The notes: generated from the sequence alone by a model not told the origin. A DNA stretch of 64,000 nt from an uncultured Acidobacteriaceae bacterium (GCA_963733795.1 CAVTED010000003.1:155149-219148); one strand, 5' to 3'; numbered from the stretch's first letter, positions 40,218 to 49,851 are shown. Numbers and translations are program-made.

Positions 40218-41191
40218 ATGCTCGAACCTCAGGCCCTGTCTACTCTCCGGTTTCCCGAAGCTGCGGAGGTATGGTTTCACTCCCATACCTTGCACGTGGA
40301 ACCAGGAACCGTCCGCCACTACACCAACTGCATTCGCGCGCTCACCAAATTCTTTGCCCAGTTGCGCCTCGACCAAGTTCACATCGGCCACTTCGAGCAG
40401 TACCAGCGCATGCGCTCCGCGGGCGACGGGCTGCGGAAGGCGGGACCGAGTTTGATCAACCACGAACTGAACACGCTCTCGCAGATCCTGACGCGGGCCA
40501 ACCTGTGGGCGCCGCTGGCCGCCAACTACAAACCCCTGCGCCTGCCGCGGCCCACGGTCGGCTGCGCCATTCCGGAAGAGGATGAGCGACGCCTCTTCCG
40601 CGCCGCCGAGTCCAACCCCCGCTGGAAGATTGCCTACTGCTCGCGCTGATCACCGCCAACACGACGGCGGGACCGAGCGAAATCCGCCATTTGACCATGG
40701 GCGACGTTGACCTGGCCACGCCGGCGATCCGCATTCTCGAAGGCGTGAAGAACGAATACCGGAGAAGGACCATTCCACTGAATCAGCCGGCGGCCTGGGC
40801 CGTGAAGGAACTGGTCAAGCGCGCGAAGGAGATGGGCGCGGTCGAGCCGCAGCACTACCTGCTGCCGCACCGGGCGAGAAACGGGGAGACGGGATTCGAC
40901 GTGACGCGGCCGATCTCGAGCTGGAAGGGAAGCTGGAACCGGCTGCGGATCGCCGCCGGGATGCCGCATTTGCGCCGGTACGACCTGCGACACCATGCCA
41001 TCACCAAACTCCTCGAGGACGAGAACGTCAGCGAGCGCACCGTGATCGAACTGGCCGGGCACGTCTCCCGGCAGATGCTGGAGCGTTACTCCCATATCCG
41101 CATGCGGACCAAGCGGGAAGCGGTCGACGCCTTGGCGAAGAAGGGATCGCGGAACGTCGGAGGGGCGAATCTGGTGTTGATCAAAAAATGA
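40218..41191 (+). pseudogene. int: tyrosine integrase (single 1-nt frame break near 40640; possibly functional if that is a sequencing error)
   Basis: The ATG at 40218 is in frame with 40068..40649, and the sequence continues in 40691..41191. Catalytic motifs are YDLRHHAITKL, LAGHVSRQMLERYSH. Reading through the break gives ..RWKIAYCCALITANTTAGPSEIRHL... Confidence 0.85.
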
Positions 41192-41316
41192 CCCCTGTGA
41201 ATTCCCTCTGCAAAACCTTTCGGGCTGCGCTAGAATCGCCGCAACAGACGCGGGTTTTGTCGTGATCCAACTTTACACTTGACTCGTGTCCGCTCTTGGC
41301 AGACAATCCTTTCGCA

Positions 41317-41493
41317 ATGGCGACCAAGACTTTACCCAGAGTGACCGTCCGGCTGAAAGATGAGGATGAAAAGTACGTGGAAGCCCTGTGTGCGCATTAC
41401 GGTGAGGGCATCGCCACCATCTTCCGGCTGGGCCTTCGTGCTCTGGCAGCAAAGGAAAAGTTGAAAGTCGCCGTTAATCCCGTCCGTTCCTAG
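41317..41493 (+). CDS. ribbon-helix-helix (CopG-like) DNA-binding protein
   Basis: TLPRVTVRLKDEDEKYVEALCAHYGEGIATIFRLGLRAL fits a beta-strand plus two helices. It lies between int and the tRNA and is a candidate excisionase or regulator. Confidence 0.55.
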   Translation: MATKTLPRVTVRLKDEDEKYVEALCAHYGEGIATIFRLGLRALAAKEKLKVAVNPVRS

Positions 41494-41529
41494 CCTGGTT
41501 TCCCTTAGAGCAGTAGCTTGAGTCGCTGC

Positions 41530-41605
41530 GGGCCTATAGCTCAACGGTTAGAGCAGCAGACTCATAATCTGTTGGTTCCAGGTTCAAATCCTGGTGGGCC
41601 CACCA
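41530..41605 (+). tRNA. tRNA with CAU anticodon (elongator Met, or Ile2 if lysidine-modified), CCA encoded
   Basis: Manual fold: acceptor GGGCCTA/TGGGCCC, D stem GCTC/GAGC, anticodon stem GCAGA/TCTGT with loop CTCATAA, T stem CCAGG/CCTGG with loop TTCAAAT, discriminator A, CCA; 76 nt. The G1-C72 pair excludes an initiator. Confidence 0.9.
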
Positions 41606-41643
41606 CTCTCGCCGGGCGCGATACGAAATCGTCACGGCAATCT

Positions 41644-42444
41644 TCAGTCCTTTCGCCGGAGCACCTTCCTGCGGAAGTCGGGCCAGAATTCGGGAGCCAG
41701 ATTCACGAAGCCGTTGTCGGCCACATCGATCAGGAAGTGCATCAAGGTGGCGCTGCCGGTGCGGCTGGGGGCGGGGTAGTAGAGATTGGAGAAGCCGGCG
41801 CTGGCCGCGCTGCCGAGCACATTGTCGAAATTGAAAGTGTTGCGGCCGTTGTTGTTGCGGATCACTAGCGCGCGGCTGATCGCGTAACCGGCGCGATACT
41901 TCAGCGAGTATCCTTCGCCCTTGCGAAAGTAGCGTGGGTCTTCGTGGAAGGCCGATGCCACGACGAAGTCTCCAAAGAAATTCTGGCTGGCGATGTCAGC
42001 GATGGAGGCGCCGAAGCGCTTGCCGAATGCGGCGCCGTTGACTCCATACTTGGGATCGGTATTGGTCACCTGGGAAAACGCTGCGTTGAACGCGCCTCCG
42101 CCCAGAGTCAACGGGCTGGCTGTTTCATGCACAAAGTTGGTCCAATATTCTCGCGTCGTGCGAAAAGGGAATAACTGAGTGCGTGACACCGAATCTGGGT
42201 GGCCCGAGGTTGCTGGCGCGGATTGCGCGGCATCCTGCGCAAGAATCGGGACACAGACACAAATCATCGCCGTGAATAGTTCGATCAACCATGCAGTCGC
42301 GTTTGAAGAGCGCAGCAAAAGGGCCCCCGGCACCTTCCAAGGATTTGCCACCCGAAAAGCTCGATATTGGAGGTTGAGCGGGGAGCCATGGTTGGCAAGA
42401 ATTGTTTTGTCCCCTGAGGCGTCGCGCGTCCGTGTCGTTGACAC
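41644..42444 (-). CDS. hypothetical secreted protein (true start probably downstream, near 42267)
   Basis: 266-aa ORF with an internal MICVCVPILAQDAAQ signal-like segment; no known motif recognised. Confidence 0.55.
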   Translation of the reverse strand: MSTTRTRDASGDKTILANHGSPLNLQYRAFRVANPWKVPGALLLRSSNATAWLIELFTAMICVCVPILAQDAAQSAPATSGHPDSVSRTQLFPFRTTREYWTNFVHETASPLTLGGGAFNAAFSQVTNTDPKYGVNGAAFGKRFGASIADIASQNFFGDFVVASAFHEDPRYFRKGEGYSLKYRAGYAISRALVIRNNNGRNTFNFDNVLGSAASAGFSNLYYPAPSRTGSATLMHFLIDVADNGFVNLAPEFWPDFRRKVLRRKD

Positions 42445-42488
42445 CCTCCTATGCGGGAAGTAGAGTTGCCTAGGTTTCAGAAGAAAAT

Positions 42489-42968
42489 ATGCGACTCGGA
42501 CTGGAGGCAGGGATGAGGTCGACGCTACTCTGGGTGACGTTCGTGTGTCTGGCCACTGCGTGCAGCGAGGGGCAGGATCCCACGAAAGTTGAGCCGAAGC
42601 ACTACAAACTGGACTTCGAGAACGAGCGGGTGCAGGTACTGTCGGTTCACTATGGACCGCATGAAAAGTCGGTGCTGCACGATCATCCGGGCGGGGTGGT
42701 GGTGAGCCTGACCGAGGCGCACCTGCGCTTTACCGATGAGAGCGGGAAAACGCGCGAAGTGTTTTCCAAGGCCGGCGAAGTGCGATGGTATCCGCCATTC
42801 AAGCACCGGGTTGAGAATCTGGGTGATACTACCTATGACGGGGTCTACATTGGAGTGAAGGGTAAACTGGCGACGGCGTCGAACGCGTCAACGGAACCTT
42901 CGACTGCAACGCAAGAAGAAATGAAGAAAGTCGTTGCGGAATATCTTCTGGCCTCGGGAAAGCCGTGA
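42489..42968 (+). CDS. cupin-fold protein, probable lipoprotein/secreted
   Basis: Signal peptide with ..CLATAC. A cupin-like segment follows: HDHPGGVVVSLTEAHLRF...AGEVRWYPPFKHRVEN. Confidence 0.55.
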   Translation: MRLGLEAGMRSTLLWVTFVCLATACSEGQDPTKVEPKHYKLDFENERVQVLSVHYGPHEKSVLHDHPGGVVVSLTEAHLRFTDESGKTREVFSKAGEVRWYPPFKHRVENLGDTTYDGVYIGVKGKLATASNASTEPSTATQEEMKKVVAEYLLASGKP

Positions 42969-43041
42969 GCAGGTTGAAGCGAAAGCCGCGACCGGGAACT
43001 TTTTTCCGCCACGGTTCGAAACCTAGGGCCCGGAAAATTCG

Positions 43042-44563
43042 ATGAGGGCCCTCCCACAGCAATCTCCTTCGCATTCTAATCATCATTCTCATTCTCGTTA
43101 TCATTATCATTGCAAGGCGGCAATCCTGCTGGGCCTCGTAATCTTCTTCTCGTTTATCTATTTCTATGAAGGTGGGGGATGGAATCAGAACTCCCGCTTC
43201 GATTTGCTGCGCGCTATCGTCGAGCGCCACACCTTGCAGATCGATGCCTATCATGAGAATACGCAGGACAAGGCGCACTTTCAGGGACACTATTATTCCG
43301 ACAAGGCGCCGGGGCTGGTGTTTCTTGCGCTGCCCTTTGCGCTGATTGCGAGGCCGGTGGTGCGCATGGCAGGAGTTGATCCGGAATCGGCGCGGGGCGA
43401 GATCGCGTTGTCGTATCTGGTCACTGCGGGGGCGGTCGCGTTGCCGGCCGCGCTGGCGGGAGTGTGCCTGTTTTTTCTGGGCTTGCGATTCGCCGGCAGC
43501 AGCAGCGGGGCGGCGTTTGGAGCTTTGGTGATGTCGCTCGGCACGCCGATGTGGGCGTATGCCAGTTTGTTCTGGGCGCATGCTCTGGTGGGAGCGTGCC
43601 TGATTTTCGCGTTTGCCTCGGCGCTGCAGCTGCGCGAGAGCGAAATGCGCGCGCCGCGATTTTCTTTGGGCGCTGGCAGTTGGGCTCGCGGCGGGATGGG
43701 CGACGGTAACGGAATATCCCGCAGCCCCGGCTTCTGCGATGCTGGCATGTTTCGCGCTGTCGCAGGCATGGGAGCGCGGTAGTGCGGCGCGCTGGCGCGT
43801 GATCGCGGGGGTGGGCCTGGGGGCTGGGATTTGCGTGGTGGTCCTGCTGGGCTATCTGCACGCGGCGTTTGGGACGTTTCGTCCGAGTTATTCCTACTAC
43901 GATCCAAATTCGTTTTCGTTCATGCAGCGGCAAGGATACCTGGGACTGACTTATCCTCATCCGGACCGGCTGCTCAAGATTTTGTTTGGATGTTCGCGTG
44001 GGCTGTTCTTTGCATCGCCAGTTTTGTTGGCCGCCCCCGTAGGACTCTGGTGGTTGTGGAAAGAGAAAGTGTATTCGGCGGCCGCGATAGTGGCGGCGGC
44101 CATCGTTTCGTACTACTTTTTGTTCAACGCATCGTTCTACTGGTGGAAGGCGGGATTGTCGTTCGGGCCGCGATATGCGGGCGCGAGCATTCCACTGCTA
44201 TGCCTGGGTCTGCCCGTGGCGTGGCGGCGGGCCACGCCGGTGTGGCGCCGGGTAATGATTGCTTTGGCTCTATGCAGCGTGTTTGTGGCCCTGATGGTGG
44301 TTTCGACAACATCGCAATTGTCCATGCAGGATGGTTGTCCGATTGGGCACTCGGTCTGGCCGGCGTTCTGGTCGGGGCAGGTTGCGCTCAACCGCGAGTC
44401 GATGTTGACGGTTACCGAAGCGGGATCGAACAGGGAGTATGGGGCGTTCAATTTGGGCCAGTTGATGGGATTGCGCGGGGTGGCGAGCCTGATTCCGTTG
44501 TTGGCGGTGTGGGGAGTTGCGTCGGTCCTGTGGATACGGATGCAACGGACAAGCGGCCGATAG
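43042..44563 (+). pseudogene. GT-C type membrane glycosyltransferase (PMT/ArnT-like), one frame break near 43650
   Basis: There are more than 10 hydrophobic segments and a YYSDKAPGLVFLALPF loop motif. ORF 43042..43782 continues in 43613..44563 (..LRESEMRAPR / DFLWALAVGLAAGWATVTEYP..). Confidence 0.6.
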
Positions 44564-44619
44564 AAGTCTCTGCCGAAGCCGGTACCGAAGCCCGTGTAAG
44601 ATAATCTTTAGGATCATTT

Positions 44620-44985
44620 ATGGGAGACGTCCAAATGGCGGCGGCCGAGATTGAATTACTTCATCGCGCATATGCGGCCTTCAACCGGCGGGAAATTGAG
44701 GCCGTGCTCGCTTTGATGCATGCCAATGTCGATTGGCCGAACGGGATGGAAGGCGGCCGCGTGCTGGGAACCGCAGCCGTGCGCGACTATTGGAAGCGGC
44801 AGTTCGAGTCGATTGATTCGCACGTCGAGCCCAAGGCGTTCACCACCGAAGCAGATGGCAGGATCGCGGTCGACGTGCATCAGGTGGCGCACGACAAAGC
44901 CGGAAAGGTGCTGGACGACCGGATGATTCAGCATGTCTACAAAATTCGCGACGGCCTGATTCAAAGCATGGAAATTCGAGACTGA
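44620..44985 (+). CDS. SnoaL/NTF2-like fold protein
   Basis: 121 aa with the pattern ..LLHRAYAAFNRREIEAVLALMHANVDW.. Confidence 0.6.
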   Translation: MGDVQMAAAEIELLHRAYAAFNRREIEAVLALMHANVDWPNGMEGGRVLGTAAVRDYWKRQFESIDSHVEPKAFTTEADGRIAVDVHQVAHDKAGKVLDDRMIQHVYKIRDGLIQSMEIRD

Positions 44986-45003
44986 ATTCATTTTGAGGAT
45001 ATT

Positions 45004-45276
45004 ATGGCGCACACTGTTTTTTGCGTGAAGCTGAAGAAGGAAATGCCGGGGCTGGACGAGCCTCCGTTCGACAACGACTTGGGACAAAAAGTTTATGACA
45101 ATGTCTCCCAGGAAGCCTGGAACATGTGGACGGAGCATTGCAAGATGCTGCTGAACGAATACCGGCTGAATCCGGCGCGGCGCGAGGATCAGGAAGTCAT
45201 CGTTAAGCAGTTGGATCAATTTTTCTTCGGTGAAGGATCGGCCAAGCCGAAGGAGTACGTGCCGCCAGCGAAGTGA
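45004..45276 (+). CDS. yggX: Fe(2+)-trafficking protein YggX
   Basis: MAHTVFCVKLKKEMPGLDEPPF..LGQKVYDNVSQEAWNMWTEHCKMLLNEYRLN aligns well with the YggX sequence as I recall it. Confidence 0.85.
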   Translation: MAHTVFCVKLKKEMPGLDEPPFDNDLGQKVYDNVSQEAWNMWTEHCKMLLNEYRLNPARREDQEVIVKQLDQFFFGEGSAKPKEYVPPAK

Positions 45277-45374
45277 GGCTGCATCAAAATCAAAAACGAA
45301 GACTGATGCTAAAGTGCGGCGAGTGCGGAGCCAGACACCTCGAGGCCTTTAATCGCAGGGGACGCAGAGGAAGG

Positions 45375-45422
45375 CGCAGAGAACGCGGAGAATAGCTAGA
45401 ATTTCACTCTGCGTTCTCTGCG
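45375..45422. terminator. 16-bp-stem hairpin (REP-like) between convergent genes
   Basis: CGCAGAGAACGCGGAG (45375-45390) pairs with CTCTGCGTTCTCTGCG (45407-45422) with one mismatch. It lies between the yggX stop and the peptidase stop. Confidence 0.4.
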
Positions 45423-45506
45423 TTCTTTCTTTGCGAACTTCGCGATCAAAAGCTCTTGCCTTGACGGTCTGCGGAGATTGGCGCCGACACTCTTGCTGCG
45501 ACCGCT

Positions 45507-48005
45507 CTACTGCACGACCAGCTGGAACGTGGTTGAGGAGCTCGCGGTGCCCGAAGTGCCTGTCACAGTAATGCTGTAGGTCCCCGGCGTCGTTCCTCCC
45601 GTAGGGGCCCGGTTGGCGTTGCCGCCGCAAGAGGCCAGCCACAGTGTGGAGAATCCCAGAACGACGATCAGTCCCAGGAAGCGCATGCCGCGCAGCGAGC
45701 GCCGCCGCGATCCGGCTGTAAAGACAAGACCCAGTAATCCCGGCAACAGCGACGCATAGAAGATTCGCATGCCGTGATCGGAGGGACGAAGCGATCCGAC
45801 GGTTGGGGCGGTAGTCGCGATGTTGAAACTAACCTGCCCAGCGGCGTTAATCTGCGGAGGAATAGTGCAGAGCGATCCCGGAGCAGGGTCCGTACAAGTG
45901 AAGGTGATGGTCCCGGCAAAGCCGTTGTTGAAAGTGACGTTGACCGTCGCATTCACACTGGCGCCAGGAGTGACCGCGAAGCTGGCTGCGGTGGAAGCAA
46001 GAGTAAAGTCAGAAGAAGATGTTGTTGTTGCACCCCAGGCGGTCGCGAGCTTGTCTGCGTCCACCGAGCCCAGTCCCGTGACCTGGTCGTAGCCCGTCCC
46101 GGCGCTGAAGCCGATCTGGGTGGTGCCAGCCGGGCAATTGATCGTCCCGCTGGTGCAAGGCACATCATTGTTGCCCGAAGTCACATCATGAAAGGCCGAG
46201 GGAGTAGAACTGGCGAACTGATAGAGATTCGGATTCACATTGGCCAAGCCCGGACTGCCGAGGGATTGGTTGATCAAGGCCAGGATCGCCGAAAATGTCG
46301 GCGCAGCGACTGAGGTGCCCCCAACTACGGTAAAGCTGCCATTAACACCTGCGGCGTCGCGGAAGCCTGCTACGCAGCTGGCCTGAGTCTGGCTGCTCCC
46401 GGAATCTTCGGAGCACATCAAGTAGCCGTCGTGATTGGGGGAGGCAGCGATCGAAACGTCCGGGACATCGCGTTGGTGGTCGGCCGGAACGCCCGCCCCT
46501 GTCTGCCAGGTGGGCTTCGCAAAGAAGATGCTTGCGCCACCGCCCGAGGCCGACAGGGTGCCGCCGGAAACGGCAAGATCGGCGACGGTGTCGTTCCAGG
46601 CATCTTCGGGAATGTATTCCAGAGCCGACGAAACGGTGTCAGCTGTAGCGCCAGCCGCGGCCCAGTAGGGCGGATTAGCGCCGGGAGGATTGGGAGTGGT
46701 GTAAGTAGGGCTGTCGCCCGTGAAAGTATTGCCGCCCATACCCGTGACTTCGGGAATGGAGGCGGGAACGTCAACCGCGAATCCCTGTGTAGCCGACGTG
46801 TCGTTCGGGTCAGAACTGTTGGGATCGCAATCCGCGGCGCCAGAGTCGCCCGAGGCGGCGACCACTGTCTGACCCTGAGAGTTAGCTTGTTGTACCCATC
46901 CTCGAACTGTCTGAGCAAAAGTGAGGCCTACTCCCGACTGCCCTGTCGCGCCGCCTTCGCAGAAACCATAGCTGGTGCTGATGAAAGGCGCGACTGTGAA
47001 CTGAACCGCGTAATCGAGGGCATCCCAAACCGTTTTGCCGTTACGGTTAGTACAAGTGTCTCCGGCGGTAAGCCCGGCATAGACGAAGGTGATGGAAGCG
47101 TTCTTAGCCACGCCACCCGACCACTCCAAATCCAAATCGGATTCGCCTTCATCGCCCGGGCAGCGGGTAGAAGTCGTGGCTGGGAGCACGGTCATCGTAG
47201 GAGTATTTGCTGACAGGCCGGCGGCGCTGCGGAAATTGGCTAGATCGGCAGTGCTGACGCTGCTTTGCCCGACAATCGCGATCCTCTGGCCGGTGCCGTC
47301 GCTGCCCGCTGCGTACAACGGCGCCACATCATAAATGGTGGCGAAATCTCCCGGAGCCACGAAATGATTGCCACTGATATAGGAAGTCAGATGCGGTCGA
47401 ATTTTTGCGCGAGGCTTCGGAGCGAAGTCATGAAGGTGACTTATGGAAAGGGCCGATCCGGCAAGCGCCGCCGGAACTGAAGGATTGGTAGCGTTGGCGA
47501 AATGGACCTCGCTACCCACCAGATAGTTGTGAATCTCGGTGTGGAACGTTACCTCGACCTGCGATACCGTTCCATCGAACGAAATTGCGTTGCGGCTGTT
47601 GGCAACGGAGGTCACGGCGAAGCCTTGCGATTGTAACCATGCCGTGATGCGCTGGATATCGCCGCGAGTCATTCCAAAACGATCGGCAAACTGGGCCGGC
47701 GTAAGCCATTTGTGATAATTCGGGGACGAGCGATCCTGCTGCTGCGCCAGCAAGTTATCGAGATCCTGCTGCTGCGCGGTCGAGGGCCGGAATGCCAGCG
47801 TGACCTCGTGCATCATTTTGCTGGAGTCGGCGCGACCCAGATCGAACCGCGGCTGGGCTAGGCCGTGCATGTTGCCCTTGAGTTCGACCATTTGGCTCGA
47901 ATTGATCTCCGCCTTAATGCGGTCCGGCGTGGCGGCATGGCTCAGGCTCGAGAAAAAGCTGAGGATGATCAGGAGGGCAGGTAGGGTTGACTTCACCAAT
48001 CGCAT
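45507..48005 (-). CDS. S53 (sedolisin/kumamolisin-like) serine peptidase with pro-domain and C-terminal Ig-like/TM region
   Basis: Signal peptide; pro-kumamolisin activation pattern (..SPNYHKWLTPAQFADRFG..ITAWLQSQGF..); catalytic-Ser block GGTSVAAPTFSAILALI. The 832-aa ORF is intact. Confidence 0.8.
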   Translation of the reverse strand: MRLVKSTLPALLIILSFFSSLSHAATPDRIKAEINSSQMVELKGNMHGLAQPRFDLGRADSSKMMHEVTLAFRPSTAQQQDLDNLLAQQQDRSSPNYHKWLTPAQFADRFGMTRGDIQRITAWLQSQGFAVTSVANSRNAISFDGTVSQVEVTFHTEIHNYLVGSEVHFANATNPSVPAALAGSALSISHLHDFAPKPRAKIRPHLTSYISGNHFVAPGDFATIYDVAPLYAAGSDGTGQRIAIVGQSSVSTADLANFRSAAGLSANTPTMTVLPATTSTRCPGDEGESDLDLEWSGGVAKNASITFVYAGLTAGDTCTNRNGKTVWDALDYAVQFTVAPFISTSYGFCEGGATGQSGVGLTFAQTVRGWVQQANSQGQTVVAASGDSGAADCDPNSSDPNDTSATQGFAVDVPASIPEVTGMGGNTFTGDSPTYTTPNPPGANPPYWAAAGATADTVSSALEYIPEDAWNDTVADLAVSGGTLSASGGGASIFFAKPTWQTGAGVPADHQRDVPDVSIAASPNHDGYLMCSEDSGSSQTQASCVAGFRDAAGVNGSFTVVGGTSVAAPTFSAILALINQSLGSPGLANVNPNLYQFASSTPSAFHDVTSGNNDVPCTSGTINCPAGTTQIGFSAGTGYDQVTGLGSVDADKLATAWGATTTSSSDFTLASTAASFAVTPGASVNATVNVTFNNGFAGTITFTCTDPAPGSLCTIPPQINAAGQVSFNIATTAPTVGSLRPSDHGMRIFYASLLPGLLGLVFTAGSRRRSLRGMRFLGLIVVLGFSTLWLASCGGNANRAPTGGTTPGTYSITVTGTSGTASSSTTFQLVVQ

Positions 48006-48100
48006 GAAAGCTCCGGAGGAGTAAGAGATACTGGCTATATTTTAACCTTAATAAGGCACGTCCCTATTCGATCAGACGGTTGCCGCGAAGGTTGTATTGC

Positions 48101-48152
48101 TGACAAAAGATGACACAAAAGATGACAAAAGGATGACAAAAGATAGCAAAGA
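48101..48152. repeat. phased 9-12-bp tandem repeat (TGACAAAAGA x5, imperfect)
   Basis: Read directly, about 100 nt upstream of the peptidase start. On that gene's strand it reads TCTTTTGTCA. Confidence 0.85.
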
Positions 48153-48305
48153 TCCAACCTTCAAACCCGGCCGCTGGGCGAAAGTTGCCTTCAATTTCGA
48201 AATAAAGCTTGGTTGATCAGGGATCCTCATGGTCCGCCTCCAACCCTCAAAATCACGGATTTCTGGCCCGCTGCCGTATACTGCCGGTGCGAATCTTAGC
48301 CGCGC

Positions 48306-49451
48306 ATGCCTCCGCCAGACGCCGCCAAATCTCGCCTCGCTTACATCGACTGGATGCGCGGGCTGGCCTGCCTGCTGATGTTTCAGACCCACTGCTACGA
48401 CTCCTGGCTGAGCCCGCAAGCTCGCCAAAGCCGTTTTTTTATGTACTCCCAGCTGGGTGGAACCTTTCCCGCGCCGCTGTTTCTGTTTCTCGCCGGGATG
48501 TCATTCGCGCTGGTCACGGAAAAGTTACTCCGGAAAAATCTTCCGCCCGCCCAGATCGCCCGCACTACTATTTGGCGCGGCGCGGAAATCTTCGGCTTCG
48601 GATTACTCTTTCGCCTGCAAGAGTATCTCGTCGCCTGGGGATGGGCGCCGAAGAGCGACCTGCTTCGCGTCGACATTCTCAACACCATCGGCATGTCGAT
48701 GATGCTGATGGGAGTGGTCTGCTGGTTGGCTCTGGTCATTACGCGCGACAGGCGCGGCCCGGGGATGCGGGTCGCTTTAGTGCTGACCGCAGCCGGAACT
48801 GCTCTTCTCATTTCTCTGCTGACGCCTCCGCTTTGGACCACTTGGCGTCCGGCCTGGCTGCCGTGGCCGCTTGAGTCCTACGTCGATGGCGTCCACAACC
48901 TGGGGACTCCGCAAGCCGGGTTGTTCCCCGTTTTTCCCTGGACAGGATTCGCCTTCGCCGGATTGGCCGTGGGATTCATCCTGCAAAGTTCGTGGGCGCG
49001 CGAGCGGGAACCGAGAGCATTCTTTTCTTTAGGCCTGGCGGGGAGCCTGCTGATCGAATTCGCCCGTTGGCTGGAGGCGCAGCCGCGCCAACTCTATGCG
49101 GTCAACGATTACTGGCGTACCAGTCCCAGTTTTTTTCTGATTCGCGTGGGAATGTTACTGGTGATTCTGACCACGGGCTACGCCTGGTGCCGCTGGGGCG
49201 CAGGAGCCTGGGGATTCAGTCCACTCATTTTGCTCGGCCAGGCGTCTCTGCTGGTCTATTGGGTACACCTCGAATTTGTCTACGGCCGGGTCTCAATCCT
49301 GCCCAAGCGGGCCATGACGATTCGCGGCGCGTCGGCGGGACTGCTCATCATTTTTTTGGCGATGCTGGCGCTGGCCTACATTCGCACAAAGACGAAAGGC
49401 CGCGGCGCGGAGGCGCTGCCGTGGTTGAATCGCGCGCCTGCGCGGATTTAA
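48306..49451 (+). CDS. DUF1624/HGSNAT-like membrane acyltransferase family protein
   Basis: RLAYIDWMRGLACLLMFQTHC at the N-terminus and about 9 TM segments. Confidence 0.65.
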   Translation: MPPPDAAKSRLAYIDWMRGLACLLMFQTHCYDSWLSPQARQSRFFMYSQLGGTFPAPLFLFLAGMSFALVTEKLLRKNLPPAQIARTTIWRGAEIFGFGLLFRLQEYLVAWGWAPKSDLLRVDILNTIGMSMMLMGVVCWLALVITRDRRGPGMRVALVLTAAGTALLISLLTPPLWTTWRPAWLPWPLESYVDGVHNLGTPQAGLFPVFPWTGFAFAGLAVGFILQSSWAREREPRAFFSLGLAGSLLIEFARWLEAQPRQLYAVNDYWRTSPSFFLIRVGMLLVILTTGYAWCRWGAGAWGFSPLILLGQASLLVYWVHLEFVYGRVSILPKRAMTIRGASAGLLIIFLAMLALAYIRTKTKGRGAEALPWLNRAPARI

Positions 49452-49851
49452 TGCCGACAAGCTTTCCCCTGACGAGAACTTCCGGACCCCGGTCTTAGCC
49501 ACGGCCTTGTCAGCAACGTTATATACGTGTATATCTGTACGTACAATAGTGTACTTCGTACCCTGACCGCATAAACTCGATGGAGTCCTGACGTAGGTTG
49601 CCCTTTCCGGGGCCGGAAACGGCCCTGGCTTCGACGATCGATGCCGCCGCCAAGGACAAGTCGTCTGCGAAAAAACTGCGTCTCCTGGAAGCCGTAAAGG
49701 GCCTCTACAACTTTTCAATCACTTACACGAAGACGCAACAACTTAAGGGAAAGGTTTGGCGAGAACCACTTGGGTCAATGAGCGTAATCGCCTGATAACA
49801 ACAGTTGAATTGCACCAAAGGGAATACAATTAGCGTGGCGTGGAGGTACTG

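Larger units (their letters stand above)
1..41493. mobile_element. Integrated tailed-phage genome (podovirus-like, T7-type late gene order); left end outside window
   Basis: Continuous run of phage genes: putative portal, scaffold, capsid, HNH nucleases, about 920-aa and about 1090-aa virion proteins, tail fibre, terS/terL, two tyrosine recombinases and an RHH gene. It ends 36 nt before a tRNA, and the DNA to the right is ordinary chromosome. Confidence 0.8.

Noticed and set aside
1-41493. An interpretation as two independent tandem prophages split at about 30.5 kb, one with structural genes and no terminase and the other with terminase and no structural genes.
   Set aside because: The combined order, with structural genes followed by terS/terL last, is what T7-type genomes show. 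Each half alone would be incomplete. I therefore treat it as one prophage with an internal antisense block, although a nested second element is not excluded (see findings).
45349-45642. The 97-aa minus-strand ORF between yggX and the peptidase gene, and likewise ORF 48072..48428 upstream of the peptidase.
   Set aside because: Both run through repeat or hairpin DNA: the REP-like palindrome in the first case and the decamer array giving ..SFVSSFVS.. in the second. Both lie in intergenic positions between well-supported genes.
49515-49560. An AT-rich patch with a near-palindrome (TATATACGTGTATAT) and four GTAC sites, downstream of the acyltransferase gene and about 290 nt upstream of the outer-membrane protein gene.
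   Set aside because: It is too short and has no recognisable -35/-10 pairing, riboswitch fold or repeat partner. I noted it only as a possible operator and there is not enough evidence to call it.
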